DNA from: a virus
Lineage: Duplodnaviria > Caudoviricetes
IMG/VR virus record: IMGVR_UViG_3300027891_000004
Span: 64,001 to 128,000 of that record
Length of the DNA: 64,000 bases
Reading direction: 5' to 3' (one strand)
Part shown: in pieces, positions 46,703 through 55,697 of the stretch
Layout: the number at the start of each line of letters is the position of its first letter
Numbering within the stretch: position 1 is the stretch's first letter
Translations under genes and position numbers: made by a program
The notes under the pieces: model-generated
What the model saw: the letters and a program-made list of their open reading frames with translations, nothing else
Databases searched by the model: none
Told to the model about the DNA's origin: nothing

Positions 46703-47791
46703 CTATTGGTTGTTAGAGGGAAACGTGGAGGGAATATCCATAGCTTCTCCGAAATCGGAGTTTTCAACGCTAATGCTGGCGGCGTTATGGACAGCTTTTT
46801 CATTCTTTGCGGTTTTGCCACGTTTGGGACCGCAGCCGCTATTGGCAACACGTCCGTTACGGACCACTTCTACCTGCGGCGAAGTAGCCGAAGACGGGGA
46901 ATTACCATCGAGTTCGGATTCTTCTTCGACAACGGGCGCATCGACGGTCGGCGGATCGGCGACTTCATTGTCTTGGACGGCAATATCGGGGCGTGGAGAA
47001 GACGGGTTAATATCCGCATTTTTCACAACCATACCGCTATCGATATTATCCACTTCGATCTCTTCCGTACCGTCGGCGTTGATGATCCGTCGGTAGTTTT
47101 TGAACCGTCGGCATTTGCCGCTTTCGTTCATCAAACCGCCGCTACTTGCGTTCTTTTTCTTCAACGCTTCCTCAACGGCGTCGTCAATAGCCTGATCGAT
47201 GGTATTCGCAATCGCGCGTGCTTTCGCGTTCCGGACCAGCGCGTCGTATTTGGCGGCCTTCTCTCGCATGTTTTTGACAGACATGGATTCCATCGTGGTC
47301 GTTTCCGTAGTTGCGTAATCTTTCGACGGCATGACAGGGGCGTATTTCACGCCGTTGGCAACCGTTTTGCGGGCGTTTTTAACCTGGGCCACCGGGACAA
47401 CTGCGCTAAGTGTACCGTCGGCGTTTTTGACGATCTTCGCATTGGCGACTCGCCGGTACTTGGCACGGGAAGCCAACACGGGAACCTCGTCAACGATAGA
47501 ACCATCGCCTTCCGTGTCGTCGATAATTTCGATAATATCGCCTTCAACGGGTTCGGCTTCGGGATCATCAACCGGCTGGACAACGACAGGATCGCCGACT
47601 TCGGCGATCTGGTCGGTTTCGTCCACGTTCAAATCATCTTCGATAGTTATATCGTCCTCGTTCTTGACGACCCTGGCTTTGGATTTGTTCTTAACGGGCT
47701 TCCGGACGGTTTTTTGGGCGTTATGAATCGCCTGCAAGTTCACATCCGTCGCGCCGAGAGATTCCAAAATCGCTTGCATACTCATTGGCAT
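46703..47791 (-). CDS. Low-complexity head protein (scaffold/internal core) rich in V-x-N motifs
   Basis: About 19 [VILFA]-x-N motifs; acidic; C-terminal AMDIPST; AGGAG RBS. Confidence 0.6.
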   Translation of the reverse strand: MPMSMQAILESLGATDVNLQAIHNAQKTVRKPVKNKSKARVVKNEDDITIEDDLNVDETDQIAEVGDPVVVQPVDDPEAEPVEGDIIEIIDDTEGDGSIVDEVPVLASRAKYRRVANAKIVKNADGTLSAVVPVAQVKNARKTVANGVKYAPVMPSKDYATTETTTMESMSVKNMREKAAKYDALVRNAKARAIANTIDQAIDDAVEEALKKKNASSGGLMNESGKCRRFKNYRRIINADGTEEIEVDNIDSGMVVKNADINPSSPRPDIAVQDNEVADPPTVDAPVVEEESELDGNSPSSATSPQVEVVRNGRVANSGCGPKRGKTAKNEKAVHNAASISVENSDFGEAMDIPSTFPSNNQ

Positions 47792-48087
47792 TGTTTTATT
47801 CTCCTTTACTTGGTGAGGTCGGCAACAGAAACGTTAGGCAACGACCGGTAAATTGACTGCAAAATGCTACGCTAAGCTCGCGTATGAAAACAGGCATAGC
47901 GCATCTTTTGTGCAAAATTCGCACCAAGTATTGTACCAGGTTTTTCGCTACTTTGGAAAAACTAAAAAAAAATTACCAAACGTTCAAAAAGCAAACTTGC
48001 TCAGGCCCCTGTTTTACCGAGTTATTACAGTTTTTTAAACGCTTAAATTTCCTCGCGCAATAGAGAATTTTTTTCGGCAAGTTTGTC

Positions 48088-48351
48088 CTATTTCTTGCGT
48101 TTTGCCTGAATTTTTCCAACTTTATCTTCTGGTTTGGCTTGTTTATTATACTTCTCTATCAACTGAACAACACGTGTAATAGATATACCATGCTCTTTTG
48201 CTATACTTTCCAAAGATTTCCCATCCTTGCGCAATTTGATAATGGTATCCAAACGTTCATCATAACGGGAGCCCTCCTGTGCGAGGGGCAACACAGGCGC
48301 CTGTAGCGGCATCAATGCCAGATTCGTATGCAAGTTCCAAATGTTTACCAT
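48088..48351 (-). CDS. Small HTH protein
   Basis: GKSLESIAKEHGISITRVVQL. Confidence 0.65.
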   Translation of the reverse strand: MVNIWNLHTNLALMPLQAPVLPLAQEGSRYDERLDTIIKLRKDGKSLESIAKEHGISITRVVQLIEKYNKQAKPEDKVGKIQAKRKK

Positions 48352-48358
48352 TTACCGT

Positions 48359-48928
48359 TCACCAGGGTTGCAAAACGTCCAACGCGCCCTCCATTTCGGC
48401 GACTGTATCCACACGAAAACCCGGCTTGTCTTTATTGTAGCCGTGTCCGACGATAATTAGTTTGTTAGATTCTGGAAATTTAGGATGATCGTCAAAGATA
48501 CGGTCGTTCTTTTCCAATATCATATTCTTGCTATTATAGCTCCCTTCTCCGACAAATATCGCGTGTGGGCTAGCAAACCGCCGGGCGAGCCACCGCATGG
48601 TTGCATCCTGCGCCGGCAGTTCTATCTGCGTCGAAAGAATATATGGGGAATCGGTAAACTGTTGCACCGACGGCACAAACACAGTATCGGGCATCTCCTC
48701 CAGCTGTGAAAAATCCTCGGTAATCAATTCGTATATCGATTTACCGGCGACGAGCGACCCCCAACTATCGTCGTCAGTGTCGTAATAGGCCACAATATCT
48801 CGCAAAACGCCGTCCACGTCAAAATACACGCGACGGTCAGGGTCTTTCAATTTTTCAACAATGTACAGCGCAAGCGCGTATATAAAATCAAGCTGCTTAC
48901 GCGTCATTATCCAGCGTTTACCAGGCAT
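48359..48928 (-). CDS. HAD-family 5'(3')-deoxyribonucleotidase-like protein
   Basis: FDVDGVLRD, K...IFDDHP, YN. Confidence 0.7.
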   Translation of the reverse strand: MPGKRWIMTRKQLDFIYALALYIVEKLKDPDRRVYFDVDGVLRDIVAYYDTDDDSWGSLVAGKSIYELITEDFSQLEEMPDTVFVPSVQQFTDSPYILSTQIELPAQDATMRWLARRFASPHAIFVGEGSYNSKNMILEKNDRIFDDHPKFPESNKLIIVGHGYNKDKPGFRVDTVAEMEGALDVLQPW

Positions 48929-48949
48929 ATACCGTTTTTCAAAACTTAC

Positions 48950-49140
48950 GCATTCCTACGCGGTCGTAGCCGATGCCGTTTGATTCCTGCTTCGTCGAGG
49001 TACTTGCGTTTTACGGTGCGAAGCAGCGTAAAACCAGCGGTAAGAACTCTCCACAGGCTGCCGCCGGTAAACTCTCGGCGGTTTGTTAGTTGTGGTAATG
49101 ATTGGTCGTGGGAGTGCCTAACAAACTCTTACCAACCATA
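48950..49140. ncRNA. Candidate structured RNA with two pseudoknots (class unknown)
   Basis: Five perfect 6-9 bp helices plus one bulged helix in about 150 intergenic nt; see finding. Confidence 0.5.
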
Positions 49141-49168
49141 ACTTTAATAAACATTTTGTTTATTAAAG

Positions 49169-49699
49169 TTAGAACAGGTATACCATTTTGAAATCAGTTG
49201 TCAACCCCACGCTCTTCTCGAACCAATCAAAAACCTTGTCGGGGTCTTTGTCACGCATAATCGACATCGACAAACAATCGCATACGAATTCTGACAAGGC
49301 ATCTTCGTCCATGCCGGTCGCGTCGATATTTGTCTTCGGGTCTTTACGGGCGAACGGTTCATCAGGGGCCAATCTGTTATCCCAATGTTCGGGGTGATGC
49401 GGATTCCGCAAAATATGCGTCCAAGTATCTGCGTCGATCCGTCTGTTGATTTCGTCAATATCTCCCGGCAACTCATCCAATGCGTGTTCGGTTTCCCGCC
49501 ACTGGAGCAGATAATAGTAGGGCAGGTCGAATTTATCTTCGTCATGCTTCGGGAAATACCGACCTATGAAAGAAGCGAGCGTATTGACGCGGGCGATATG
49601 CCGTTGCGTAAAATCCACGAAATTCCGCCTGATTTCTTCGCACAAGGGCAGGTACTCCGCGCCCCATCCAAACGCTTGGCATAATTCGTTTTTATTCAT
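49169..49699 (-). CDS. Hypothetical protein
   Basis: Coupled to the upstream gene by an ATGA overlap. Confidence 0.6.
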   Translation of the reverse strand: MNKNELCQAFGWGAEYLPLCEEIRRNFVDFTQRHIARVNTLASFIGRYFPKHDEDKFDLPYYYLLQWRETEHALDELPGDIDEINRRIDADTWTHILRNPHHPEHWDNRLAPDEPFARKDPKTNIDATGMDEDALSEFVCDCLSMSIMRDKDPDKVFDWFEKSVGLTTDFKMVYLF

Positions 49700-50181
49700 G
49701 GTACAAAAGTATATTGGCAATGGGGGCACCGACAATGACCGGGCAGGATCGGGTCGATCTTGGTCTCGAAATCGATCCCGGCAAAATGCAAGTTAGAGGC
49801 ATCAATCTGGTACTCGTTGATATAATCGAGCAACACGTTTTTATTGATTTCACCGTTTTGGTTATTCAGTTCCAAAACCTTGGCGCGCGCTTCCCGTTCG
49901 TTTTCGGCTTCGATGAAAACGGTGGGTATTTCCGGGATCGTATAGCCCCGGTCCTTCAAATCTTTCAATGCGAGGTACCGCCCGTTCCCGTCCATGAGCC
50001 AATTCCGGCCGTCGTTTTGCCATATAAAAACGGGGAACGAGAACCCTACTTTGAGGATCAGGTTGGACAAATCCATGATATCCTTCTGCCGACGGTCCTT
50101 CAGACGGTGTTGGAACGGCGTAAGTTTATCGAACGGGAGGCTATCCTGCGTTTGGCACGTGATCTGTATTTCTTTTGACAT
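49696..50181 (-). CDS. ParB/Srx-like domain protein
   Basis: GFSFPVFIW, LMDGNGR, IEAENEREA; C-terminal CPHC. Confidence 0.75.
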   Translation of the reverse strand: MSKEIQITCQTQDSLPFDKLTPFQHRLKDRRQKDIMDLSNLILKVGFSFPVFIWQNDGRNWLMDGNGRYLALKDLKDRGYTIPEIPTVFIEAENEREARAKVLELNNQNGEINKNVLLDYINEYQIDASNLHFAGIDFETKIDPILPGHCRCPHCQYTFVP

Positions 50182-50184
50182 AGA

Positions 50185-50526
50185 TTATCTTTGTTCCAAT
50201 CGTGTGATAGCCTGCTGCATTTGTCCAAGCGTTTGTTCTGTTTTCGCGAACCCGTCCGTTACTACCGTTTTTAGCGTGTCAACGTCAGAACGCAACGATT
50301 TAAGTTGACCATTGACCGAGTTCTTCCATTCGGGCGTGAACTCGTCATCCTGCGTCGCCGCGGATTTTGCGGCGGGCTGCACATTGCCGCTACTTATAGT
50401 CCCGTTAGGATTCGATGTCATATCAAACCCGTCATTCTCTATCGTATTGAACGCCCCGAGATTCGACAAACCGCCGTTTCCGGCTCCGAGCGATTCAAAC
50501 ATACCAATATCAGCCAGCTTTTCCAT
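50185..50526 (-). CDS. Leader-family protein, coiled-coil cargo type B
   Basis: MEKLADIGMFESLGAGNGGLSNLGAFNTIEN. Confidence 0.8.
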   Translation of the reverse strand: MEKLADIGMFESLGAGNGGLSNLGAFNTIENDGFDMTSNPNGTISSGNVQPAAKSAATQDDEFTPEWKNSVNGQLKSLRSDVDTLKTVVTDGFAKTEQTLGQMQQAITRLEQR

Positions 50527-50539
50527 TGTATTTTATAGG

Positions 50540-51229
50540 CTAGTGTGGTTCAAAATGAATGAACGATTTTTTACATTTCGGGCAATGGACCACCATCTCA
50601 TCGTCCGGCTCCTGATCTTCCGGTAAATCGTCGGGCGCAGGCGTTTCTGGCAGGTTTTGCGACAGCGTATGCGTCCGTTCGCCACGTTCGGATGGTTTTT
50701 CGCCCTTCGGCGGCTTCGCTTCAGGCTCGTCCATTATCGGATTGTACTCCGCCGTAGAATCAAGCACAATATCCGCCTTCAGCAACAGCCGCATCTCTTC
50801 GGTAATCGAATCCATGTCCAACGTCGGAAACTTATATTGGGACAGATCAATCAGCGGCAAATCCCGAACCAAATCTTTGAAGCCCGACACGGTATAATCG
50901 CCCGATATTGTATTGATATACACCAATTTTTCCCGCGCCTCGGCCTCGTCTTTCGCATCTATATAGACAACGGGCAACGGGGGAATTTCGTAGCCTTCGC
51001 TATGCAGTATTTGAAGCGCAAGTTGACGACCGTGCCCATCAAGGCAGGAACATACGCCGTCGGGCTGTCTCCAAATGAAAAACGGGGCGAAAAAACCATG
51101 CCTCAAGATGCTTTCGGCGATATGGTCCACGTCATACTGCTCGCGTGATTTAAAAGCACCCTGAAAAGCAACGATATTGGAAAGGGGTAGGTGATCTTTC
51201 GACCGACAAGTAATTTGTATGGTTTTCAT
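50540..51229 (-). CDS. ParB/Srx-like domain protein (paralog of 49696)
   Basis: GFFAPFFIW, LDGHGR, IDAKDEAEA; C-terminal CPKC. Confidence 0.75.
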   Translation of the reverse strand: MKTIQITCRSKDHLPLSNIVAFQGAFKSREQYDVDHIAESILRHGFFAPFFIWRQPDGVCSCLDGHGRQLALQILHSEGYEIPPLPVVYIDAKDEAEAREKLVYINTISGDYTVSGFKDLVRDLPLIDLSQYKFPTLDMDSITEEMRLLLKADIVLDSTAEYNPIMDEPEAKPPKGEKPSERGERTHTLSQNLPETPAPDDLPEDQEPDDEMVVHCPKCKKSFIHFEPH

Positions 51230-51286
51230 TGAAGATATAGGTGAAGTTGCTTTGCAAAGTATAGCAACTCGCGGCTCGTATGTCAA

Positions 51287-52372
51287 CTATGCCATGCTAA
51301 ATTTCGACTTCCATTCGGCAATAAACAAAGGAAGCGCGTTCCTAAACTCTTGATATTTAAGCAAGTCTGCAAGTTGATAAAACGTATCCTGCTCGGTTTC
51401 TTTTCTTTGCAGATCGAGCCATTTTGATAGTGCTGTATCAAACGCAGCTGACAATTCGCTTACGACCTGTTTCAAATCATGGCGTTCTGTGGTATTGCAT
51501 GGGCGAGCCGTCTCGCTAGCAGGCGATTCGACCGCGATCTCGCCACATGGCGGGATTTCACATTCGGAAGCCTCGCTAAGCATCGCGTTTATTTTGTCGA
51601 TTTCGACACCTTCGGCACCTTTGTCCACGGGTGGACAAAGGTCCTGCCTATTTTGATTTTCTTCTACGACAGAAAGATCGGGCACCGTGGGCATGTGAGT
51701 TTTACGCAAAAAAACATTGAGGATTGGCGGGTTCCCGCCAATCTTTATGACCTCGATTATTTTATTTATTGCGCCAGACATTATCCCGGCGTACTGATGC
51801 GTACGCGCGACCCAATTCATCATATTGTTTCCTGGGACTGATTCTCGATTGATAACATTCGATTCGTACAATTCAATAATCGCTTGGTACGCCTCGGCAA
51901 GAAAACCACGGGGCATAGGGGCTGGAATGCCTTGTTGCAACTGGTCGTAAACCCCCTTCGATTTTGCGTAAAACATCCAGGCATCGTAGATATTACGATC
52001 ATGCACGGTAGGCCCCACATGAAAAAAGAATCTGATAACAGCGTGGTGTATAGCAGCATAGGGCGATGACAACAGGGTAGTACGGGATATGAACGGCGCC
52101 CCGAACAACGTTTTCAAATCGCACCCAAAAGCATTCTTTCGTGGTGCTGGCGGCGGGCACTTGAACGGTATCTCCCCGCATTCACAATAGACGCCCACTT
52201 CGGTAGGCTCGGTGCCCAACATTAAATACGATTCGCGTTCTTCCGGCGTACCGCTATTGTAGTCGTCCGAAACCACGCCGATTTTATCAAAAATCTTTTC
52301 AAAATCAGCGTCGGTTAGGTGTTCCAAAGGGGTAGATTCAGTCATATTCGTAATCAAATGGAGGTCCAACAA
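51287..52372 (-). CDS. Hypothetical protein
   Basis: Long ORF; contains degenerate palindrome 51537..51556 (IPPCGEI). Confidence 0.6.
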   Translation of the reverse strand: MLDLHLITNMTESTPLEHLTDADFEKIFDKIGVVSDDYNSGTPEERESYLMLGTEPTEVGVYCECGEIPFKCPPPAPRKNAFGCDLKTLFGAPFISRTTLLSSPYAAIHHAVIRFFFHVGPTVHDRNIYDAWMFYAKSKGVYDQLQQGIPAPMPRGFLAEAYQAIIELYESNVINRESVPGNNMMNWVARTHQYAGIMSGAINKIIEVIKIGGNPPILNVFLRKTHMPTVPDLSVVEENQNRQDLCPPVDKGAEGVEIDKINAMLSEASECEIPPCGEIAVESPASETARPCNTTERHDLKQVVSELSAAFDTALSKWLDLQRKETEQDTFYQLADLLKYQEFRNALPLFIAEWKSKFSMA

Positions 52373-52380
52373 CCGGTTTC

Positions 52381-52770
52381 TTACAGTTCGTAGCCTGCTT
52401 CGGTCATCGCGGTTTCAAACGCATCATTAAACTCCAAAAAAGTATCGTCATCGAGTTCCCAGTATCCGGGACTCGCTTCCGAAGGTTCTGTTACAAATTT
52501 CAAATTACCATGCGAACCTTCAACTTCACCGAGGTACGCAGCATAACAATCGGCTATATAATCAGAAAGCCCTTCCGACCCGCCAGCTATTGAACAATAA
52601 TAGGGCCTACAATTGAAAAGGAAAATCCAACCAGATATAAAGCCGCAATTCTCATCGGGAACGGTAAACACAAAAATACGATCAACGCCGAAGGAAAAAC
52701 TACAAATAGCTTTTCCGTATTCCAAGTTATGGTTATTTTGCATGGAGGCTTCAAGTTGCTGTGGTGACAA
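52381..52770 (-). CDS. Acidic hypothetical protein
   Basis: ORF only. Confidence 0.5.
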   Translation of the reverse strand: MSPQQLEASMQNNHNLEYGKAICSFSFGVDRIFVFTVPDENCGFISGWIFLFNCRPYYCSIAGGSEGLSDYIADCYAAYLGEVEGSHGNLKFVTEPSEASPGYWELDDDTFLEFNDAFETAMTEAGYEL

Positions 52771-52911
52771 ACTACGCGATTACGTTTATACAGTATGCCA
52801 AACTAGCGCAAAAAAGCAATAAACTTATTGTGTAAACTTGTGAAATTCGTTATAATTCCGTTTTCGTTTACACTTACGCTCACGCTCACGCTCACGCCAG
52901 GGGAATTAGCT

Positions 52912-53324
52912 ATGGACCAATTCGCCGATATTTCACGATTTGAAAATTTGCAGTAAATATACGGTTTGCCAACGAAAGTAAGATGGCTGCGTTTAATGAA
53001 AATATAGCGGTAGAAAACGACATTTTCAAAAAGAACGGGATTTTCATAGACGAAAACAAATTGCCGCCAGAAGAAAAACAAGAGTGTGAACTCATCAATA
53101 AATTTGAATCGATATATTTCACTGACATAGGCCGTCTAGCAGCACTAAGGTCCAACCCCAAAACGCAAGCACAAATTGAAGATGAATTTAACGGCGTCTA
53201 CCAAGAAAACGAAATTGAAAAAGAGCTAGAAGAAACAAAAGATAATTTTCAAATCAGGCGTGAGGTAGCAAAAGAAAACTACGGCATTGAAACTATTTCA
53301 AGGTGCCCGCCGTTAAACCGCTAA
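52912..53324 (+). pseudogene. Leader-family gene with a frameshift inside the leader
   Basis: MDQFADISRFENLQ* (52912..52956) continues in another frame as VNIRFANESK-MAAFNENIAVEN. Confidence 0.65.
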
Positions 53325-53665
53325 CTTTCATTGTCAAGGATACCGTCCAGTTTGGAAAGCAATCTAATCATATAATCTATGCTGCATTTTTTATTACTCA
53401 AAACTAACGGACGCATATATGGTACGTCGAGATGAGACATACGAATAGAAAACTTTAACCCGTCAAGTTCTCGTTGCACATCCTCAGGTAAGTCCAGACG
53501 TTTATCTCCAGTGCTCTCTCTCTTTGGGGCGGCTCTATCCGTTTTTGGTTTCTTATCGTACTCTTCCATCCATTTTGCCATAGCCTCAATATCCTCTTGC
53601 GGCATTTCGATTCCTTTTTCGGTGGCAAAAGCTGCAACTGACTTTATGTAATCGTGGTGATCCAT
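53321..53665 (-). CDS. Convergent partner of 52912
   Basis: 4-bp stop overlap. Confidence 0.55.
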   Translation of the reverse strand: MDHHDYIKSVAAFATEKGIEMPQEDIEAMAKWMEEYDKKPKTDRAAPKRESTGDKRLDLPEDVQRELDGLKFSIRMSHLDVPYMRPLVLSNKKCSIDYMIRLLSKLDGILDNES

Positions 53666-53712
53666 TACTTTTTAGGTGTCTACAAAAAATGTCAATTCAG
53701 GTCGGCATTCCT

Positions 53713-53732
53713 CCCACCCCTAAAGGGGTGGG
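53713..53732. mobile_element. IS200/IS605-type terminal hairpin remnant
   Basis: Context GCATTCCTCCCACCCCTAAAGGGGTGGGCTTCCTGCC. Confidence 0.55.
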
Positions 53733-53796
53733 CTTCCTGCCTCTGGGATCGTGAAAAAGTTCCTTTTCAATACTATGCCACAAAGACAAACGAAAA

Positions 53797-54171
53797 TCAA
53801 GAGCAATTGGCGATTTTCGCCAACTGCCAGGTATATTTTAGCATAATAGGCCGGGCGACGGCCGCCTGTTTGTCGGTCAGCCGTCGGCCGTCGGTCAGCC
53901 ATTCGGCAAGACTGGAAAGGTAGGGCGCATCGAAGGCGTTAAAGCCTACGCCGTTATCTTCAACGGTCGCCTCACGATCCTTTTCTTCCCGCGTTTGGAA
54001 ATTATAGACTGCCAAAATCGCGCGTTCCAACCAACGCTGGTCGGAGATAATTTTTTCGTTGATTTCGGCCTTTGTCCACTTTTTCTGGACGACTGGGACT
54101 TCTTCCTGCTCGAATTTAAGCAGAGCGGTCGCGGGCATTTTCGGCTTGGGTCTCTTCAAAAAACAAATCAT
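53797..54171 (-). CDS. Phage hypothetical protein
   Basis: LERAILAVYNFQTREEK...NGVGFNAFDA; AAGGAGG RBS. Confidence 0.7.
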   Translation of the reverse strand: MICFLKRPKPKMPATALLKFEQEEVPVVQKKWTKAEINEKIISDQRWLERAILAVYNFQTREEKDREATVEDNGVGFNAFDAPYLSSLAEWLTDGRRLTDKQAAVARPIMLKYTWQLAKIANCS

Positions 54172-54251
54172 GGCCTTACCTCCTTAAAATAAAGTTGTTT
54201 GTGGGCAACAAACGCTACACTTATTTTTCAATGGATTCGTAGAGCAAGTTT

Positions 54252-55697
54252 TCAACAAAAAGTCAAATCCAATTTGATACTTTTTTCAAGAAGTCGTTCA
54301 AAATCAATAGACGGCGTTTGAACGCCATCCACGTCAAAATAACCACGTCGTTCATTCAAAAGGATCGCGGAAATAACGCCGTTGGTTGCAAGCCGATACG
54401 GGTAATCCCCCAACTCTTCGGGCGACAGCGGAATCGTAACGGACGACGTAGAACAAAATTCCTTCTCCCAATCTGCCCGATGCTTGTCGGCGACCATGTT
54501 CGCAACGGCCACAAACCGCATCTCTTCGGTACGCGGGTTATGGTAATCGAGCCGGACAACCGTACCGGGCAAAAGCCGAACCGAATTCCCCGACCGGGAC
54601 GCGCCCCATTCGCAGCCGAAATATGGCGGGATAGATATTCGGGATTTTGCACGTTTCAAAGAAGCGGGGACCGGCTGTAGCAAAACATGATAAGAACCGA
54701 TCTCGGCGTTCCATACTGGCAACGACACGTACCCGTTAAATGGTTTGGCAATATCGGGCGGCAACGAATCGGGCACGAGCTGTTCCGGCTGTAGTTCGGC
54801 GTCCAACTGGTTCCACACGCAAACTTCGCAGCCGCAAACGGAGTTATGGACGGGCGTAAGGGAGCCGAGTTTAAGTTTGTAGCGTCGGTCCAAGCGTTGC
54901 CGTAGTTTCTTTACCTTGAACTCCTGTTCTTTTTGCTCGGACTGCGTCTTTTTACCGCCGCCGCGTACCAAACGCCACAAGCAGCGGCAATTCGGATGGC
55001 GGGGTAACAGGGAACGCGCCTGTTCAATAGTCATACGTTTGCCTTCGAGTTCTTCGCATTTCTTGCACCGTCGGTGATCTTTGACGGTCTCTATCTGCGC
55101 TATCACCTCTTTGATATTTGCAGCTTGGTAGGCGTCTAATTTTGCTTCTGCTTCGGCTTTGGTTATTTCGTCCTGCACCGTTGTCTTGACTTTTTGTTTG
55201 TACTTATCAATCGCCTTCTCGGCGGCTTCGGTAAGCAATTCGATTTCACGCGGCGACAGGGGTTCCGACGACTCCTGCTTCTTTTTCGGGACAACGCGGT
55301 CGTATACTTTTTTCACGGCGTCCGTAACGATCTTCCCGAACCCCGTGAAAAGCCCGGCTACTTTCTTCCCGGCTGCTTTTACAAGTTCGCCGATAGCCGA
55401 GTTCTCAACGGCGATCATTTCCAATAGTTTTTCGTCGTTGTACGCCGAGTTTCTAATTTCAACGATCCCGGTCCGGTGCGATGCTCGGTACGCCTTATTG
55501 ATAACGTCTGTTATGAACTTTTCGGAATAGAACGCGGGCAGCCGTTCCTCAGCGGCGGCAAGAAAGCCCGCCACGTGGCGGGATCGGAACAGTTCCCGGA
55601 CGTTATTTTTTAACTTCGCAAAATGTATTTCGATAGCGAGGTCCGTCTCGTTGCGAAGGAAAACAATATCGGAAGGTTCGCTATGCGTGATATTCAT
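54252..55697 (-). CDS. Head morphogenesis protein (SPP1 gp7 / Mu gpF family) with C-terminal extension
   Basis: DHRRCKKC..LEG...LPRHPNCRC; contains palindrome 55567..55582. Confidence 0.8.
   Translation of the reverse strand: MNITHSEPSDIVFLRNETDLAIEIHFAKLKNNVRELFRSRHVAGFLAAAEERLPAFYSEKFITDVINKAYRASHRTGIVEIRNSAYNDEKLLEMIAVENSAIGELVKAAGKKVAGLFTGFGKIVTDAVKKVYDRVVPKKKQESSEPLSPREIELLTEAAEKAIDKYKQKVKTTVQDEITKAEAEAKLDAYQAANIKEVIAQIETVKDHRRCKKCEELEGKRMTIEQARSLLPRHPNCRCLWRLVRGGGKKTQSEQKEQEFKVKKLRQRLDRRYKLKLGSLTPVHNSVCGCEVCVWNQLDAELQPEQLVPDSLPPDIAKPFNGYVSLPVWNAEIGSYHVLLQPVPASLKRAKSRISIPPYFGCEWGASRSGNSVRLLPGTVVRLDYHNPRTEEMRFVAVANMVADKHRADWEKEFCSTSSVTIPLSPEELGDYPYRLATNGVISAILLNERRGYFDVDGVQTPSIDFERLLEKSIKLDLTFC

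Noticed and set aside
48950-49140. tmRNA or SAM-I riboswitch
   Set aside because: No tRNA-like ends or tag frame recognised, and SAM-I core nucleotides are absent despite a similar topology.
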